Assembly: GCA_038062615.1 (NCBI GenBank)
Contig: JBBTWV010000002.1
Span: 1-56,491 of the forward strand
Source of the DNA: Patescibacteria group bacterium
GTDB taxonomy: Bacteria > Patescibacteriota > Gracilibacteria > UBA1369 > UM-FILTER-53-11
Direction: 5' to 3'
Length of the DNA: 56,491 bases
Below the pieces are notes generated by a model, which saw only the letters and a program-made list of their open reading frames with translations, was not told the DNA's origin and did no database searches. Positions 9,204-18,841 of this stretch are shown here, one piece after another; the stretch's first letter is position 1, and each line of letters begins with the position of its first letter. The translations under genes and the position numbers were made by a program.

Positions 9204-9851
9204 CTATTGTTTGAAAGCCCCCAGGCCTTTAAGGCTGGCAATCGGAGCACCTTCGCAATAAGCGCTGTAGCCCTTGAGCGTCACCGCAACCGGATTTTTT
9301 TCAGAAGCCTTCTTGAGCTTTGCTTCCAAATCCGCCGGGACATCTACCACTCGCAGAGTTTTATTAAACTCAGGGTAGGTGGAGACAAGATTTTGCAAAG
9401 GAAGCTCTTTTACATCTTCGGCAATAACCTTCAACATCCATGTTTCTGTTCCTTCTACATAAGCTGCTTCCCAGACATACCATCCGCGAACCGTTGCCTC
9501 TCCTGCAAATGTGGGTTTTGAACAGGTGTCTTCCACGTCACCACTCACCAGCTTCCATTTTTGGTTTATCGTAGGCTTTGAAGTTTCGCTGGTATCAGTA
9601 TTACCGGCTTCGGGCTCGTCTTTCTCCTCTTGCTTGGCAGTGGCATTTTGTTGAAGAGTGAGGACTTGCTGCTTGAGTGATGCAACTTGAGACTGAAGCG
9701 TCGTACTCATTTTTTCCTGTTCACTCTGTTGCCAGAGGTAGACGGCACCTGCTGCAAAACTTCCACCAAGAAGAACGGCCAGTATTACGAAAATGCCAAA
9801 TTTTAGAGATTTTGATTCGGACGGAGCGGGGCTAAGCGGAGCTGGATCCAT
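9204..9851 (-). CDS. Hypothetical membrane-anchored protein with coiled-coil segment
   Basis: 215-aa ORF with a TM helix (FGIFVILAVLLGGSFAAGAVYLW) followed by a Q/L-rich heptad region. Confidence 0.6.
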   Translation of the reverse strand: MDPAPLSPAPSESKSLKFGIFVILAVLLGGSFAAGAVYLWQQSEQEKMSTTLQSQVASLKQQVLTLQQNATAKQEEKDEPEAGNTDTSETSKPTINQKWKLVSGDVEDTCSKPTFAGEATVRGWYVWEAAYVEGTETWMLKVIAEDVKELPLQNLVSTYPEFNKTLRVVDVPADLEAKLKKASEKNPVAVTLKGYSAYCEGAPIASLKGLGAFKQ

Positions 9852-9879
9852 AAATTTGGATTATGAATAAAAGGTTATT

Positions 9880-10953
9880 TTAAAGCATTTTAATGAATTC
9901 ATCAAACAAGAAGCCAGTATCGGCAGGGCCGGGAGTGGCTTCTGGATGAAACTGCACGGCCATGAAAGGAAGTTTTTTATGACGAATGCCTTCCACGGTT
10001 CCGTCATTGAGATTTTCCATCCAAACTACCCAGCCTTTTGGCAGCGTATTGGCCTTCACCGCAAAACCGTGATTTTGAGAGGTCAAGTAACAGCGTTTTG
10101 TTTGGACGTCTATCACGGGTTGATTCTGAGCGCGATGTCCATATTTAAGTTTGAAGGTTTTGGCGCCTGCGGCAATCGCCATAATTTGGATGCCGAGGCA
10201 GATGCCAAACGTGGGGATTTTTTTGGCGAGGGATTGTCTTACAATTTCATGAGTGGCGTGGAGCATAGCGGGATTTCCTGGTCCGTTAGCAATGAAAACG
10301 CCATCAAATTTAAATTTGGACTTCCAAATATCATAATTCCACGGCACGCGAATAAAGGTTACGTCGCGTTCCAAAAAACTTCGCACGATGTTATTTTTCA
10401 TGCCGGTATCAATGGCGATAATGCGTTTTTTCCCTCTGCCCTCGTTGTAGACAATAGGTTTTTTAATAGAGACCTGCTCCACCAAATTTTCTTCATTGGG
10501 ATCTTGAATTTCTTTTGCCGGCGTCTTGCCGTTTTGTACAATCTGGCCCAGCATGACGCCGTGCTCCCGGAGTTTTTGCGTTAACGCACGCGTATCTACG
10601 CCCGTTAGCCCGGGAATATTGTACTGCTCCATCCATTTACTCAGGCTGCGTTTGGCGTTCCAGTGGTGATACTCATCGCAATATTCCGAGACAATGAGCC
10701 CGCGAACTTGAATCTCATTACTCTCAAAATGTTTTTTGATCTTCCACTGGTCGCGAGAATCATCCGGCACGCCGTAATTGCCCACCAGCGGATAGGTGAA
10801 TACCAAGATTTGTCCTTTATAAGAAGGATCGGTAAGGCTCTCCGGGTAGCCCACCATGCCGGTATTAAAAACAACTTCTCCCTCGGCACCCGTGAGTGCG
10901 CCGAATGATTTTCCTTCAAATGTTGTGCCGTCCTTAAGAATCAAACGAGCCAT
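9880..10953 (-). CDS. carA: Carbamoyl-phosphate synthase small (glutaminase) subunit
   Basis: GEVVFNTGMVGYPESLTDPSYKGQILVFTYPLVGNYGVP, with the GATase triad context GICLG ... HGF ... FHPE. Confidence 0.9.
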   Translation of the reverse strand: MARLILKDGTTFEGKSFGALTGAEGEVVFNTGMVGYPESLTDPSYKGQILVFTYPLVGNYGVPDDSRDQWKIKKHFESNEIQVRGLIVSEYCDEYHHWNAKRSLSKWMEQYNIPGLTGVDTRALTQKLREHGVMLGQIVQNGKTPAKEIQDPNEENLVEQVSIKKPIVYNEGRGKKRIIAIDTGMKNNIVRSFLERDVTFIRVPWNYDIWKSKFKFDGVFIANGPGNPAMLHATHEIVRQSLAKKIPTFGICLGIQIMAIAAGAKTFKLKYGHRAQNQPVIDVQTKRCYLTSQNHGFAVKANTLPKGWVVWMENLNDGTVEGIRHKKLPFMAVQFHPEATPGPADTGFLFDEFIKML

Positions 10954-11006
10954 TGGAAGCAGCCTACTATGGATTTCATGAAAAGTTTAGTGATACTATT
11001 CAGGCA

Positions 11007-11936
11007 ATGGATTTTAAAGGCGCTGACATCTTAAGTGCCAAACAGTTTAATCGGGGTGATATTGAAGCGGTGCTGAAAATGGCTAAAAAGATGGAGCCGT
11101 TTGCCACCAAGCAAAAGTGGGGCGATTTGCTGAAGGGAAAGCTGTTGGCGTCGCTTTTTTATGAACCTTCTACGCGCACGCGCATGTCTTTTGAGACGGC
11201 CATGCAGCGGCTGGGCGGAAGGGTGGTTTCTGCCGTGGGGATGCAGTTTTCTTCTCTTACCAAGGGCGAAACTTTATATGACACGGGCAAAATTGTGGAA
11301 AATTATGCGGACGTCATTGTTATGCGGCACCCAGATGATTTTGCCGCGGAAAAATTGGCGGTTGGTGCCAACGTGCCGGTAATGAACGCGGGTGATGGCA
11401 GCAATGAGCATCCAACACAGTCGCTTTTGGATCTTTATACCATCGAAAAGGAGATAGGGAAGATTGATGGCCTCACCATTTCCATGGTGGGGGATTTAAA
11501 GTTTGGCCGCACGGTGCATTCGCTTTCTACCATGCTTTCTCATTTTGATACGCAGCTGATTTTTGTCTCTCCTCCGGAACTTAAAATGCCGGAGTCAGTG
11601 TGCCGCCTTTTAAAGGAGAAAAATATTAAGTACCGCGAAACAGAAGACATGAGCGAGGCTATGAAGAGCTCGCAAGTCCTTTATATGACGCGCATTCAGC
11701 AAGAGCGGTTTACGGATATGAAGGAGTACGAAAAACACCGGAATCGTTATGTGCTCACGCGCGATTTGATTGAAGAAAAAAATCCCAAGCTCGTGGTGAT
11801 GCATCCGCTGCCGCGCATTTGGGAAATTCAGCAGGATGTGGATCAGGTAGCTGGCGCCGCTTATTTTAGGCAGATTCCCAATGGCGTTGCGGTGAGGATG
11901 GCGCTATTGGCGTTGGTTTTGGGAAAAAATCCTTAA
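11007..11936 (+). CDS. pyrB: Aspartate carbamoyltransferase catalytic subunit
   Basis: STRTR, HPTQ and HPLPR motifs. The tracked ORF begins at a TTG (10953) that overlaps the carA start. The first ATG at 11007 (MDFKGADIL) is the more likely start. Confidence 0.9.
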   Translation: MDFKGADILSAKQFNRGDIEAVLKMAKKMEPFATKQKWGDLLKGKLLASLFYEPSTRTRMSFETAMQRLGGRVVSAVGMQFSSLTKGETLYDTGKIVENYADVIVMRHPDDFAAEKLAVGANVPVMNAGDGSNEHPTQSLLDLYTIEKEIGKIDGLTISMVGDLKFGRTVHSLSTMLSHFDTQLIFVSPPELKMPESVCRLLKEKNIKYRETEDMSEAMKSSQVLYMTRIQQERFTDMKEYEKHRNRYVLTRDLIEEKNPKLVVMHPLPRIWEIQQDVDQVAGAAYFRQIPNGVAVRMALLALVLGKNP

Positions 11937-11963
11937 GGAGCCTTAGAACGTAGCCGATTTTTC

Positions 11964-13271
11964 ATGATTTTTGATCTTATTATAAGGAAGGCCAAAATTG
12001 TGACGCCAACAGGTGTTATTGAGGGTGATATTGGCGTACATAAGGGCATTATAAGCAAAATTGGCGGGACGATTCCGCAAAAGGCACCGGTAGAAAAAGA
12101 TGGCACGGGACTTTTTGCGTTGCCAGGCACCATTGATATGCATGTGCATTTTCGGGATCCGGGGAATCCGGAGAAGGAAGATTTTGGAACGGGATCGGCG
12201 GCGGCCGCGGCGGGCGGGGTTACCACTATTATTGATATGCCGAACACGACTCCGTCTACCACTACCTGCCAAGCCTTAGAAGAAAAGCGCGCCGCGGCCG
12301 CCTTAAAATCCCACGTAAACTACGGATTTTTCTTTGGCCTCACGCATGACAATCTCCACGAAATCAAAAATGCTAAAAACATTGCCGGCGTAAAAGTTTT
12401 CTTAGCGCAATCAACCGGCGGGCTTATGGTTCATGATTCTGCCACTATTGAAAAACTTTTTGAACTGGGCAAATTCACCATTTTTCACGCCGAAGATGAG
12501 CGGATTATCAGTGAGCATCAAAAAAAATATAAAGGTTCCGTTGACCCAAGCATTCATTCCCTCATCCGTTCTTCGGGCGCCGCTTTTGAAGCCGTAAAGT
12601 TGGTTCTTCACTTAGCCAAAAAACATAACGCACGCGTCCACATTACGCACGTCTCTTCTCAGGAAGAAGTTAAGGAACTTCGCAAATTCCACGGTCCACT
12701 CGTGAGTGCCGACTGCACGCCGCATCATCTTTTTCTCACGCAGTCCGCCTACCACGACCGTGGAAACTACGTAAAAATGAATCCGCCACTGCGCACAAAT
12801 GAAGATCGTCAAGCGCTTTGGAAAGGCCTTAAGGACGGCATTATTCAGGCTGTGGCCAGTGACCACGCACCTCACACAAAAACTGAAAAAGAAAAATCTT
12901 ATGAGCTGGCACCGGCTGGTGTTCCTGGCGTGGAAACTCTGCTGCCGCTTCTCTTAGACTCCGTAAACCACGGCGAGATTTCTTTGCGAGAAGTAGCTCG
13001 TTTTACATCCCAAAATCCTGCCGCACTCCTTGGCATTCAAAAAAAAGGAAAAATAGAAGCTGGTTTTGACGCCGACTTAGTGCTTGTAGACATGGAAAAA
13101 GAAATGGAGGTCGGCAAGCATGGGTTTTTCACAAAGTGCGGCTGGTCGCCATTTAGCGGCTGGAAGCTTAAAGGCTGGCCCATAATGACCTTCGTTGGCG
13201 GGCAAATCGTTTACGAAAACAACGCGGTGCACAAAAATATCCGAGGCAAGGAAGTTTACTTTAGCTCCTAA
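11964..13271 (+). CDS. pyrC: Dihydroorotase
   Basis: DMHVHFRDPG metal-binding motif, ASDHAPH, and a ~430-aa amidohydrolase length. Confidence 0.9.
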   Translation: MIFDLIIRKAKIVTPTGVIEGDIGVHKGIISKIGGTIPQKAPVEKDGTGLFALPGTIDMHVHFRDPGNPEKEDFGTGSAAAAAGGVTTIIDMPNTTPSTTTCQALEEKRAAAALKSHVNYGFFFGLTHDNLHEIKNAKNIAGVKVFLAQSTGGLMVHDSATIEKLFELGKFTIFHAEDERIISEHQKKYKGSVDPSIHSLIRSSGAAFEAVKLVLHLAKKHNARVHITHVSSQEEVKELRKFHGPLVSADCTPHHLFLTQSAYHDRGNYVKMNPPLRTNEDRQALWKGLKDGIIQAVASDHAPHTKTEKEKSYELAPAGVPGVETLLPLLLDSVNHGEISLREVARFTSQNPAALLGIQKKGKIEAGFDADLVLVDMEKEMEVGKHGFFTKCGWSPFSGWKLKGWPIMTFVGGQIVYENNAVHKNIRGKEVYFSS

Positions 13272-14023
13272 CTCGCCACACCAATTATCCCGCTCCCAAT
13301 TGTGGTTCCGGCGTTTGTAACAAATTCATAGGTATACATACCCGGTGAAACCGGCGTACTACTCGCATTTCGCCCATTCCAAGTGGCATAAATACTCTCG
13401 TTTGCGGGTAGAGATGTGGTCGCCGAATTGAGATTCTTCACAATGCGGCCTTGGCGATCAACTATCCTGAGTATATATCCGCCGGAAAAATCGGTATTAA
13501 ACCAATACCTGATGGTTGCCACGCTATTGGGCGATGAAAGGGAAATAGCATTGGTATCAACACTATGAGTGAGCAAGGAGGCGATGGCGATTTTCCCCGT
13601 GAGAAAAGAATTTGTTTGAGAACCGACAAAAAAACTATAGGTATATTGTCCGGCTCCATATGTTCTTCCTGCGGCGTTTTTGCCATTCCATTGAACGGTG
13701 TAATTCCCCGGCTCTACAGGAAGGTTCTTGCTCTCCACCAGAGATGCCGCTACTACTGCACCATACCTATCCATTACATCCAACCTTAAAGATGAAACGC
13801 GGCTAAGCACTTCATATTTGATTGTCACCGATTCGCCGGCCTGCGGGTAAAAAGTCGCCGGGTTGGCGCTGTGGCTTATGGAAGAAACTCTTGGCAGTAT
13901 CGGAATAGGCCGCAGTGCGCCTTTTTGTGATTTTGAACTTCCCAAATAAACGGCGGCGCCAATAACGGCGACAACAAGAATCCCCACAACTATTTGAATC
14001 ACATTTTTTGTATTTTGAGGCAT
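13268..14023 (-). CDS. Membrane-anchored protein with two beta-sandwich (FlgD-Ig-like) repeats
   Basis: N-terminal TM helix and two repeats (YTVQWNGKNAAGRTYGAGQYTYSF; ATWNGRNASSTPVSPGMYTYEF). It lies on the opposite strand between pyrC and pyrD. Confidence 0.6.
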   Translation of the reverse strand: MPQNTKNVIQIVVGILVVAVIGAAVYLGSSKSQKGALRPIPILPRVSSISHSANPATFYPQAGESVTIKYEVLSRVSSLRLDVMDRYGAVVAASLVESKNLPVEPGNYTVQWNGKNAAGRTYGAGQYTYSFFVGSQTNSFLTGKIAIASLLTHSVDTNAISLSSPNSVATIRYWFNTDFSGGYILRIVDRQGRIVKNLNSATTSLPANESIYATWNGRNASSTPVSPGMYTYEFVTNAGTTIGSGIIGVAS

Positions 14024-14122
14024 GCTCTTTTTATTAAGACAGTTTTACTATTTATATTCTACGCCATAATATGCAAATAGTCAAATTTGATCATTCCCAT
14101 GAATCACCCTACTCTGTAACAG

Positions 14123-15091
14123 ATGGTAAATCTTTCGGTAGAATTTTGCGGAGTGAAATTCAAAAATCCGCTTGTGCTGGCCTCGGGCATTTTGGGAATC
14201 ACCGCTTCTTCTTGGCGCAATGCCGTAAAACATGGCGCCGGCGGCGTAACCACCAAGTCGCTCTGGCTGCATGAGCACAAAGGGCATCGCAATCCGGTGA
14301 TTATTGCCAACGAACATTACATGCTCAATGCGGTGGGTGTTCCTGATGCCGGTACGCAAAAAGCGCAGGAAGAAATCGGGAAATTTTTGAAGTGGGGCGA
14401 GGCACCCATCATCGCCAATATTATTGCCGGGAGTGTTCATGATTTTGGTGAAACCGCAGAAGAAATTGCCCAAATTAAGCCAGATATTTTGGAGGTCAAT
14501 ATTTCTTGCCCCAATGTGGAAGATGAGTTTGGCAAGCCGTTTGCCTGTGTTGCGGGGGATGCGGCGCGTGTAACAAAAGAAGTCAAAAATCGCTTAGCCA
14601 AAATGAAGCTGAAAATTCCGGTGAGCGTAAAATTGTCACCAAATGTGGAAGACATTACCGAGATTGCCAAAGCGGTTGCGGATGCTGGTGCTGATGCACT
14701 TACGGTGATGAATTCTGCTGGGCCGGGCATGGCCATCAATATTGAAACCCGCATGCCGATTTTAGCCAATAAAGTTGGCGGCCTAACAGGGCCGGCCTTA
14801 AAACCGCTTGCGGTAAAGCTTATTTACGATATTCGCCGCGCCGGAATTAAAATTCCTATTATTGGAACCGGCGGCATACTTACCGGCCGTGATGCCATTG
14901 AGATGATGATGGTTGGAGCCACGCTTATTGGTATCGGCACCGGAGTTCATTATCGCGGCGTCGAAATCTTCAAAAAAATAACCGACGAGATGGAGGAGTG
15001 GTGCCAAGAAAATAAAGTTAAAAAAATTACCGATATTATCGGTTCGGTTCATGTCATTGCGAGCGCCGCAAAGCGGAGCGAAGCAATCTAG
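14123..15091 (+). CDS. pyrD: Dihydroorotate dehydrogenase, class 1B catalytic subunit
   Basis: NISCPN, GGLTGPALKP and IIGTGGI motifs. The last ~12 codons (VIASAAKRSEAI) and the stop codon lie inside repeat A1. Confidence 0.9.
   Translation: MVNLSVEFCGVKFKNPLVLASGILGITASSWRNAVKHGAGGVTTKSLWLHEHKGHRNPVIIANEHYMLNAVGVPDAGTQKAQEEIGKFLKWGEAPIIANIIAGSVHDFGETAEEIAQIKPDILEVNISCPNVEDEFGKPFACVAGDAARVTKEVKNRLAKMKLKIPVSVKLSPNVEDITEIAKAVADAGADALTVMNSAGPGMAINIETRMPILANKVGGLTGPALKPLAVKLIYDIRRAGIKIPIIGTGGILTGRDAIEMMMVGATLIGIGTGVHYRGVEIFKKITDEMEEWCQENKVKKITDIIGSVHVIASAAKRSEAI
15053..15091 (+). repeat. Family A repeat, left-half copy (A1)
   Basis: GTCATTGCGAGCG..AGCGAAGCAATCTAG matches the left arms of A2 and A3, with an extra CCGC-AAA-GCGG hairpin. 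Confidence 0.65.
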
Positions 15092-15112
15092 CTCGTCTCT
15101 AACACTTTTAGC

Positions 15113-15913
15113 TTGGATAACTTTCCTCACGCCGTTCGGATCAAAAAAATCATTAAAGAAACGCCGTTGGTGCGTTCCTACATTTTTGACTACCCGGTGC
15201 GCGCTCTGCCCGGCCAGTTTATTAATATTTGGATTCCGGGAGTTGATGAAAAACCGATGAGCGTAGCTTTTGATGATGGGAAAAGTTATACCCTGGCAAT
15301 TGCCGGAATTGGACATGGAACCCAGGAATTAGAAAAAAAGAAGGTGGGGGACTACATCGGCATTCGCGGTCCGTATGGAACGCACTTCACATGGAAGAAA
15401 AAAGAGCGCATCGCCATGCTAGCAGGAGGATACGGTGCTGGACCTCTCTATTTTGCCGCGGAGTTAGCGGTGGAAGAGGGGTGCCATGTGGATTTTTTCT
15501 TAGGAGCCCGCAGTAAAACGCATCTGCTTTTTGCCGACCGAATTCGCAAACTTAAAAACACGCGTTTTTTGCCATCTACTGATGATGGCTCCGCCGGTTT
15601 TAAAGGCTTCAACGTCGCCTGTTGGACGGAAAAAATGGAGGAAGGCGCCAAGTATGATCGCATTCTTACCTGCGGCCCGGAGCTTATGATGAAGAGCGTT
15701 TCGGATATCTCCTGGGGGAAAAAAATCCCCGCGCAAGTTTCTATTGAGCGCTATATGAAGTGCGGGTTTGGCATTTGCGGTAACTGCTGCGTGGATGATT
15801 TAGGTATTACCACCTGCCAAAACGGCACGGTGATGGATAATGCCGTGGCGCGTAAAATTAAGGAGTTTGGAGTTTATCATCGAGATTCCCTAGGCCGCAA
15901 ACATCAATTTTAG
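15113..15913 (+). CDS. pyrK: Dihydroorotate dehydrogenase electron-transfer subunit
   Basis: Ferredoxin-reductase-like fold and a C-terminal 2Fe-2S cysteine cluster, CGFGICGNCC. Apparent TTG start. Immediately follows pyrD. Confidence 0.85.
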   Translation: MDNFPHAVRIKKIIKETPLVRSYIFDYPVRALPGQFINIWIPGVDEKPMSVAFDDGKSYTLAIAGIGHGTQELEKKKVGDYIGIRGPYGTHFTWKKKERIAMLAGGYGAGPLYFAAELAVEEGCHVDFFLGARSKTHLLFADRIRKLKNTRFLPSTDDGSAGFKGFNVACWTEKMEEGAKYDRILTCGPELMMKSVSDISWGKKIPAQVSIERYMKCGFGICGNCCVDDLGITTCQNGTVMDNAVARKIKEFGVYHRDSLGRKHQF

Positions 15914-15921
15914 CAGGTACT

Positions 15922-15947
15922 TAGAGGGCTTAACGCATGCCCTTTAG
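15922..15947 (+). terminator. Possible intrinsic terminator after pyrK
   Basis: TAGAGGGC-9 nt-GCCCTTTA stem (one G-U pair) followed by a T-rich stretch. It sits between convergent genes. Confidence 0.35.
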
Positions 15948-15955
15948 AGAATTTT

Positions 15956-17773
15956 CTATTTTCTCTTTCTACGCTTTTTTTCCAAAGCAAGCTGGTCTTC
16001 TTGTTCTCTTCTGCGAATTTCTGCCCACGCTTCACTCGCTATTCCCTCTATTGGGAGCCTATCACCACGATTAATATGGGAATTACTAGAAAATCGGTAA
16101 CTCACCCTATTAAGTTCTTCCATAGTGAGATGGGTTTCAATAATATGGGTTTCCCAAAGATGATAGGCAACCGGAAAACTTCGCGTCCTCAAGAGTACAC
16201 CTAAAAGTGTCTTGTCAGCCTCCTCATCTGAATTTGCACAAGCTCTGATTCTGGCAACCGTGTTATCTATAAAAACGTTGTCGTGGTAACCGTCTGCCAA
16301 TTCTGCGGCAAGGTCGCGAGTTTTTTGCCATCCTCGTTCTTGGGCTTCTCGTCTCTGCACATCTTTGTGAGCTTCAAGAGATTTTGCGCGTCTTTGCAAA
16401 ATACTCGTAACATCTAATCCTCTTGCTCCACATGCTGTAACTGCTTCTTGCACAACACGTTCACTCGCCGCATACCGAGCGATTTCCGGCAACAATTCAT
16501 TCGTCAAAACGGCAGGGTAAATATTTTGAAGCACCATCCAAACCACTTCGCATGTTTCATCATCATCGCAATCTGCAAAAAAACTTTTCAGCATATGCAA
16601 ATTATCGGCACCTTGGCCAGTACACTCTATAATGGTGCCTAAAAGGTCGCACGCGGTAGCAGGGTGAGTAGCACGGATGAATTGTTTTACCAAGAAAGCA
16701 AGATGTATACCGGCATGTTCTGCGGTAGCATTTGCATACAATCTTCTGTTGATTGCCATATCATAATCAAAGGTCGGTTCGGTTCTTATTCTTTCGGCAC
16801 GGGCAAGGATAAAACTTCGGTAAACTGGAGATGCATCTCTCAAAACTCTTGTAACTTCCCTTTTACCGGTTCTCACTAATGCAGCACTTTTACTCACTGC
16901 CGCAACAGCTCTGTCGCCGGTATCATCCGCAACTGTCATAATATGAGGCGTTTCATCTGGAGCATCTCCCGGAGGATCCAGTCCCTGTTCGTAAAAACTT
17001 TCTTGGTAAGCAACCTCATCTTGCAAAGCTAAAAGATCTTTAAGCCGTGGAAAGTCCTGCATGTCACTGCCAACTTTTCTCAAAATTTGTTCGCCAACCT
17101 CTCTTTGTTCCTCATCAGGAAGTTGGAATTTATATTGTACTTTAATGGTGCCAAGTCTAGGACTCTCACCCAAATTGAGCGTTTCTTCAATCTCTTTCAA
17201 TAAATCAACAAATGCTTGAATCAGACGCTCTTCAAAATCTCTTCCTGGGGCTTTAGATTCCATGAGCATTCCCATGCTTATAACTGCCTGCGGAGGAACA
17301 GAAGTGTCACGTTTTACTGTTACCAGTTCTACAAATTTTGCTGGTATGGCGGTGGCTAAATCGCCTGCTTGGCGCTCACCGATGATATTGATAAGTTTTT
17401 CCAGAGTTATAATATCGTGTGTGGACAATACTTTCCCCCCTCTTTTGTCCCATTCAACCGTTTCGGTTTTTTCCATGGGTAAATGGAGTATCTCGCTTAT
17501 AGCGTAGTGTCCAGCAAGTTCACTGAACACAACACCATAATCAATTATGAGTAAGTCTATTTTTCGCATGGTTTCTCTATATGCCTCTAAAGAAGTCGGA
17601 TGTTTTTTTTGCTGTGCAACGAGTACTTGTATCTTGGTGGTAATTTCAACAATATTGCGGAGTGCCAGCATTAAGTACTCCAGCAGCAGTTGGAGCCGGT
17701 CGGGTATCTGATTTTCAAAAATGACTAAACGAGTCGCTCCAGATGGCGGGCTTTTATCGAGGCTTTTTCCCAT
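15956..17773 (-). CDS. Orphan 605-aa protein, cassette copy 1 (paralog of 21073-22731); function unknown
   Basis: Long ORF with a leaderless-type promoter. It shares conserved blocks with its paralog (TVEWDK, QAFVDLLK, YQESF, LHMLK.FF, ETCE.VW, FIDNTVARIRAC). I recognise no known catalytic motif. Confidence 0.75.
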   Translation of the reverse strand: MGKSLDKSPPSGATRLVIFENQIPDRLQLLLEYLMLALRNIVEITTKIQVLVAQQKKHPTSLEAYRETMRKIDLLIIDYGVVFSELAGHYAISEILHLPMEKTETVEWDKRGGKVLSTHDIITLEKLINIIGERQAGDLATAIPAKFVELVTVKRDTSVPPQAVISMGMLMESKAPGRDFEERLIQAFVDLLKEIEETLNLGESPRLGTIKVQYKFQLPDEEQREVGEQILRKVGSDMQDFPRLKDLLALQDEVAYQESFYEQGLDPPGDAPDETPHIMTVADDTGDRAVAAVSKSAALVRTGKREVTRVLRDASPVYRSFILARAERIRTEPTFDYDMAINRRLYANATAEHAGIHLAFLVKQFIRATHPATACDLLGTIIECTGQGADNLHMLKSFFADCDDDETCEVVWMVLQNIYPAVLTNELLPEIARYAASERVVQEAVTACGARGLDVTSILQRRAKSLEAHKDVQRREAQERGWQKTRDLAAELADGYHDNVFIDNTVARIRACANSDEEADKTLLGVLLRTRSFPVAYHLWETHIIETHLTMEELNRVSYRFSSNSHINRGDRLPIEGIASEAWAEIRRREQEDQLALEKKRRKRK

Positions 17774-17917
17774 AGGGTGTATTAAACACTAAATTGGCTA
17801 ATTAGTCAACTGGTCGTTTAACCTGTTAAATCTCGTCAAAATAGATCACCTGTGCAGAATTTATTGACGCTCAAACGCATAAGGGAGTAACATAAGGGTG
17901 TAATATTATTACACCCT
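17774..17917. promoter_or_regulatory. Divergent promoter/operator region of cassette copy 1
   Basis: Minus strand: TTGACT (17809-17804), 17 nt, TTTAAT (17786-17781), 7 nt, ATG. AGGG(T/A)GTAA-like motif at 17774-17783, 17882-17891 and 17895-17904, and inverted at 17908-17917. The last two form a 10-bp perfect palindrome that abuts the RHH ATG. Confidence 0.55.
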
Positions 17918-18253
17918 ATGAAGACCCCTTACCGTAAAAAAGTAAAATCAAAATACGCTATTAAGCTGAAGCATATTCCCGTTCTGCCTCCGCTTGGGTC
18001 GGGGTTGTTGTTAGGTAAGAAAGGGCCGCGCAAAAAAGTAAATTTCATGGTGGATCTCAATATTTTAGAAGGCATGAAAATTTTTGTGCCTTTTGGAGAT
18101 AGAAGCGACTTTGTGAATGATGCGGTGGCTTATGCGCTCAAAAAGGCTGCTCAGCGAGAAGCCATGGAATTTATGGATAAAGTTCGGAAAGAAGGGAAGT
18201 TACAGATGACCGACAAGGAGATTAAAGAAGCGATTAATTATGGCCGAAAATAA
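17918..18253 (+). CDS. Ribbon-helix-helix (CopG/VapB-like) antitoxin, copy 1
   Basis: RHH signature KKVNFMVDLNILEGM...GDRSDFVNDAVAYAL. Overlaps the downstream PIN gene by 14 nt. Confidence 0.8.
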   Translation: MKTPYRKKVKSKYAIKLKHIPVLPPLGSGLLLGKKGPRKKVNFMVDLNILEGMKIFVPFGDRSDFVNDAVAYALKKAAQREAMEFMDKVRKEGKLQMTDKEIKEAINYGRK

Positions 18254-18680
18254 ATCTCTCTTCGTCGTAGATGCCTCGGTTCTTTTGAAGTGGTATCTCA
18301 AAGAAGAAAATGATCAAGAACCCGCTTTGCAGCTGCAAACAGACTACCACTACGATAAGATTTCTCTCGCGATTCCGCACTATGCTTGGTCGGAGGTATT
18401 GAATACATTGGGAAGAAAAAAATCCTTTGATGAAGTACTTGCCTATTTTTCGCGTTATTTAGCCTTTGAAATACAGGAATATTCCATCACGCTTGAAATT
18501 GCAGCCGTGGCCATTGAACTTATGGAAAAGTTCCCTAATATAACCTTTTACGATGCCGGTTATCATGCTTTGGCGCTCCAAGAAGGAGGTACTTTTGTAA
18601 CCGCTGATGAAAAATATTTCCAAAAAACAAAAAAGCATGGCGGCATCATGCTCTTGAAAGACTACGGCAAGAAACGCTAG
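18240..18680 (+). CDS. vapC: PIN-domain (VapC-like) toxin, copy 1
   Basis: LFVVDASVLLKW, FYDAGYHALA and TADEKY supply the acidic PIN residues. 146 aa, translationally coupled to the RHH gene. Confidence 0.85.
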   Translation: MAENKSLFVVDASVLLKWYLKEENDQEPALQLQTDYHYDKISLAIPHYAWSEVLNTLGRKKSFDEVLAYFSRYLAFEIQEYSITLEIAAVAIELMEKFPNITFYDAGYHALALQEGGTFVTADEKYFQKTKKHGGIMLLKDYGKKR

Positions 18681-18700
18681 ACTGCCGCAGATGGGTAAGG

Positions 18701-18841
18701 AGTTCTCTAACAGGCCAAGCCGCAGCTCGAGCCAAGGCGAAGATGCCGAATCAAGAAGATTCGGCTTGGCTAAGCAATTAACTCGCCCAAATGATGCTAA
18801 GGCATCAAGCAGAGCAAGCGGCGATGAGGGCGAAACTTCGG
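18701..18841 (+). repeat. Family B nested-hairpin repeat (B1), inserted into a duplicated pyrE 5' fragment
   Basis: TAACAGGCCAAGCCG...CGGCTTGGCTAAGCAATTAACTCGCCC...GAGGGCGAAAC matches the reverse complement of B2-B4. It is absent from the otherwise identical site at 24035/24036. Confidence 0.7.

Noticed and set aside
9154-9208. AGGGCC...GGCCCT stem between two minus-strand genes as an intrinsic terminator
   Set aside because: The stem is only 6 bp with an 18-nt loop and has no adjacent U-tract on the transcribed strand.
11933-12272. Two 109-aa minus-strand ORFs overlapping the 5' end of pyrC
   Set aside because: They are antisense to the conserved dihydroorotase N-terminus (DMHVHFRDPG) and have low-complexity Arg/Pro-rich translations.
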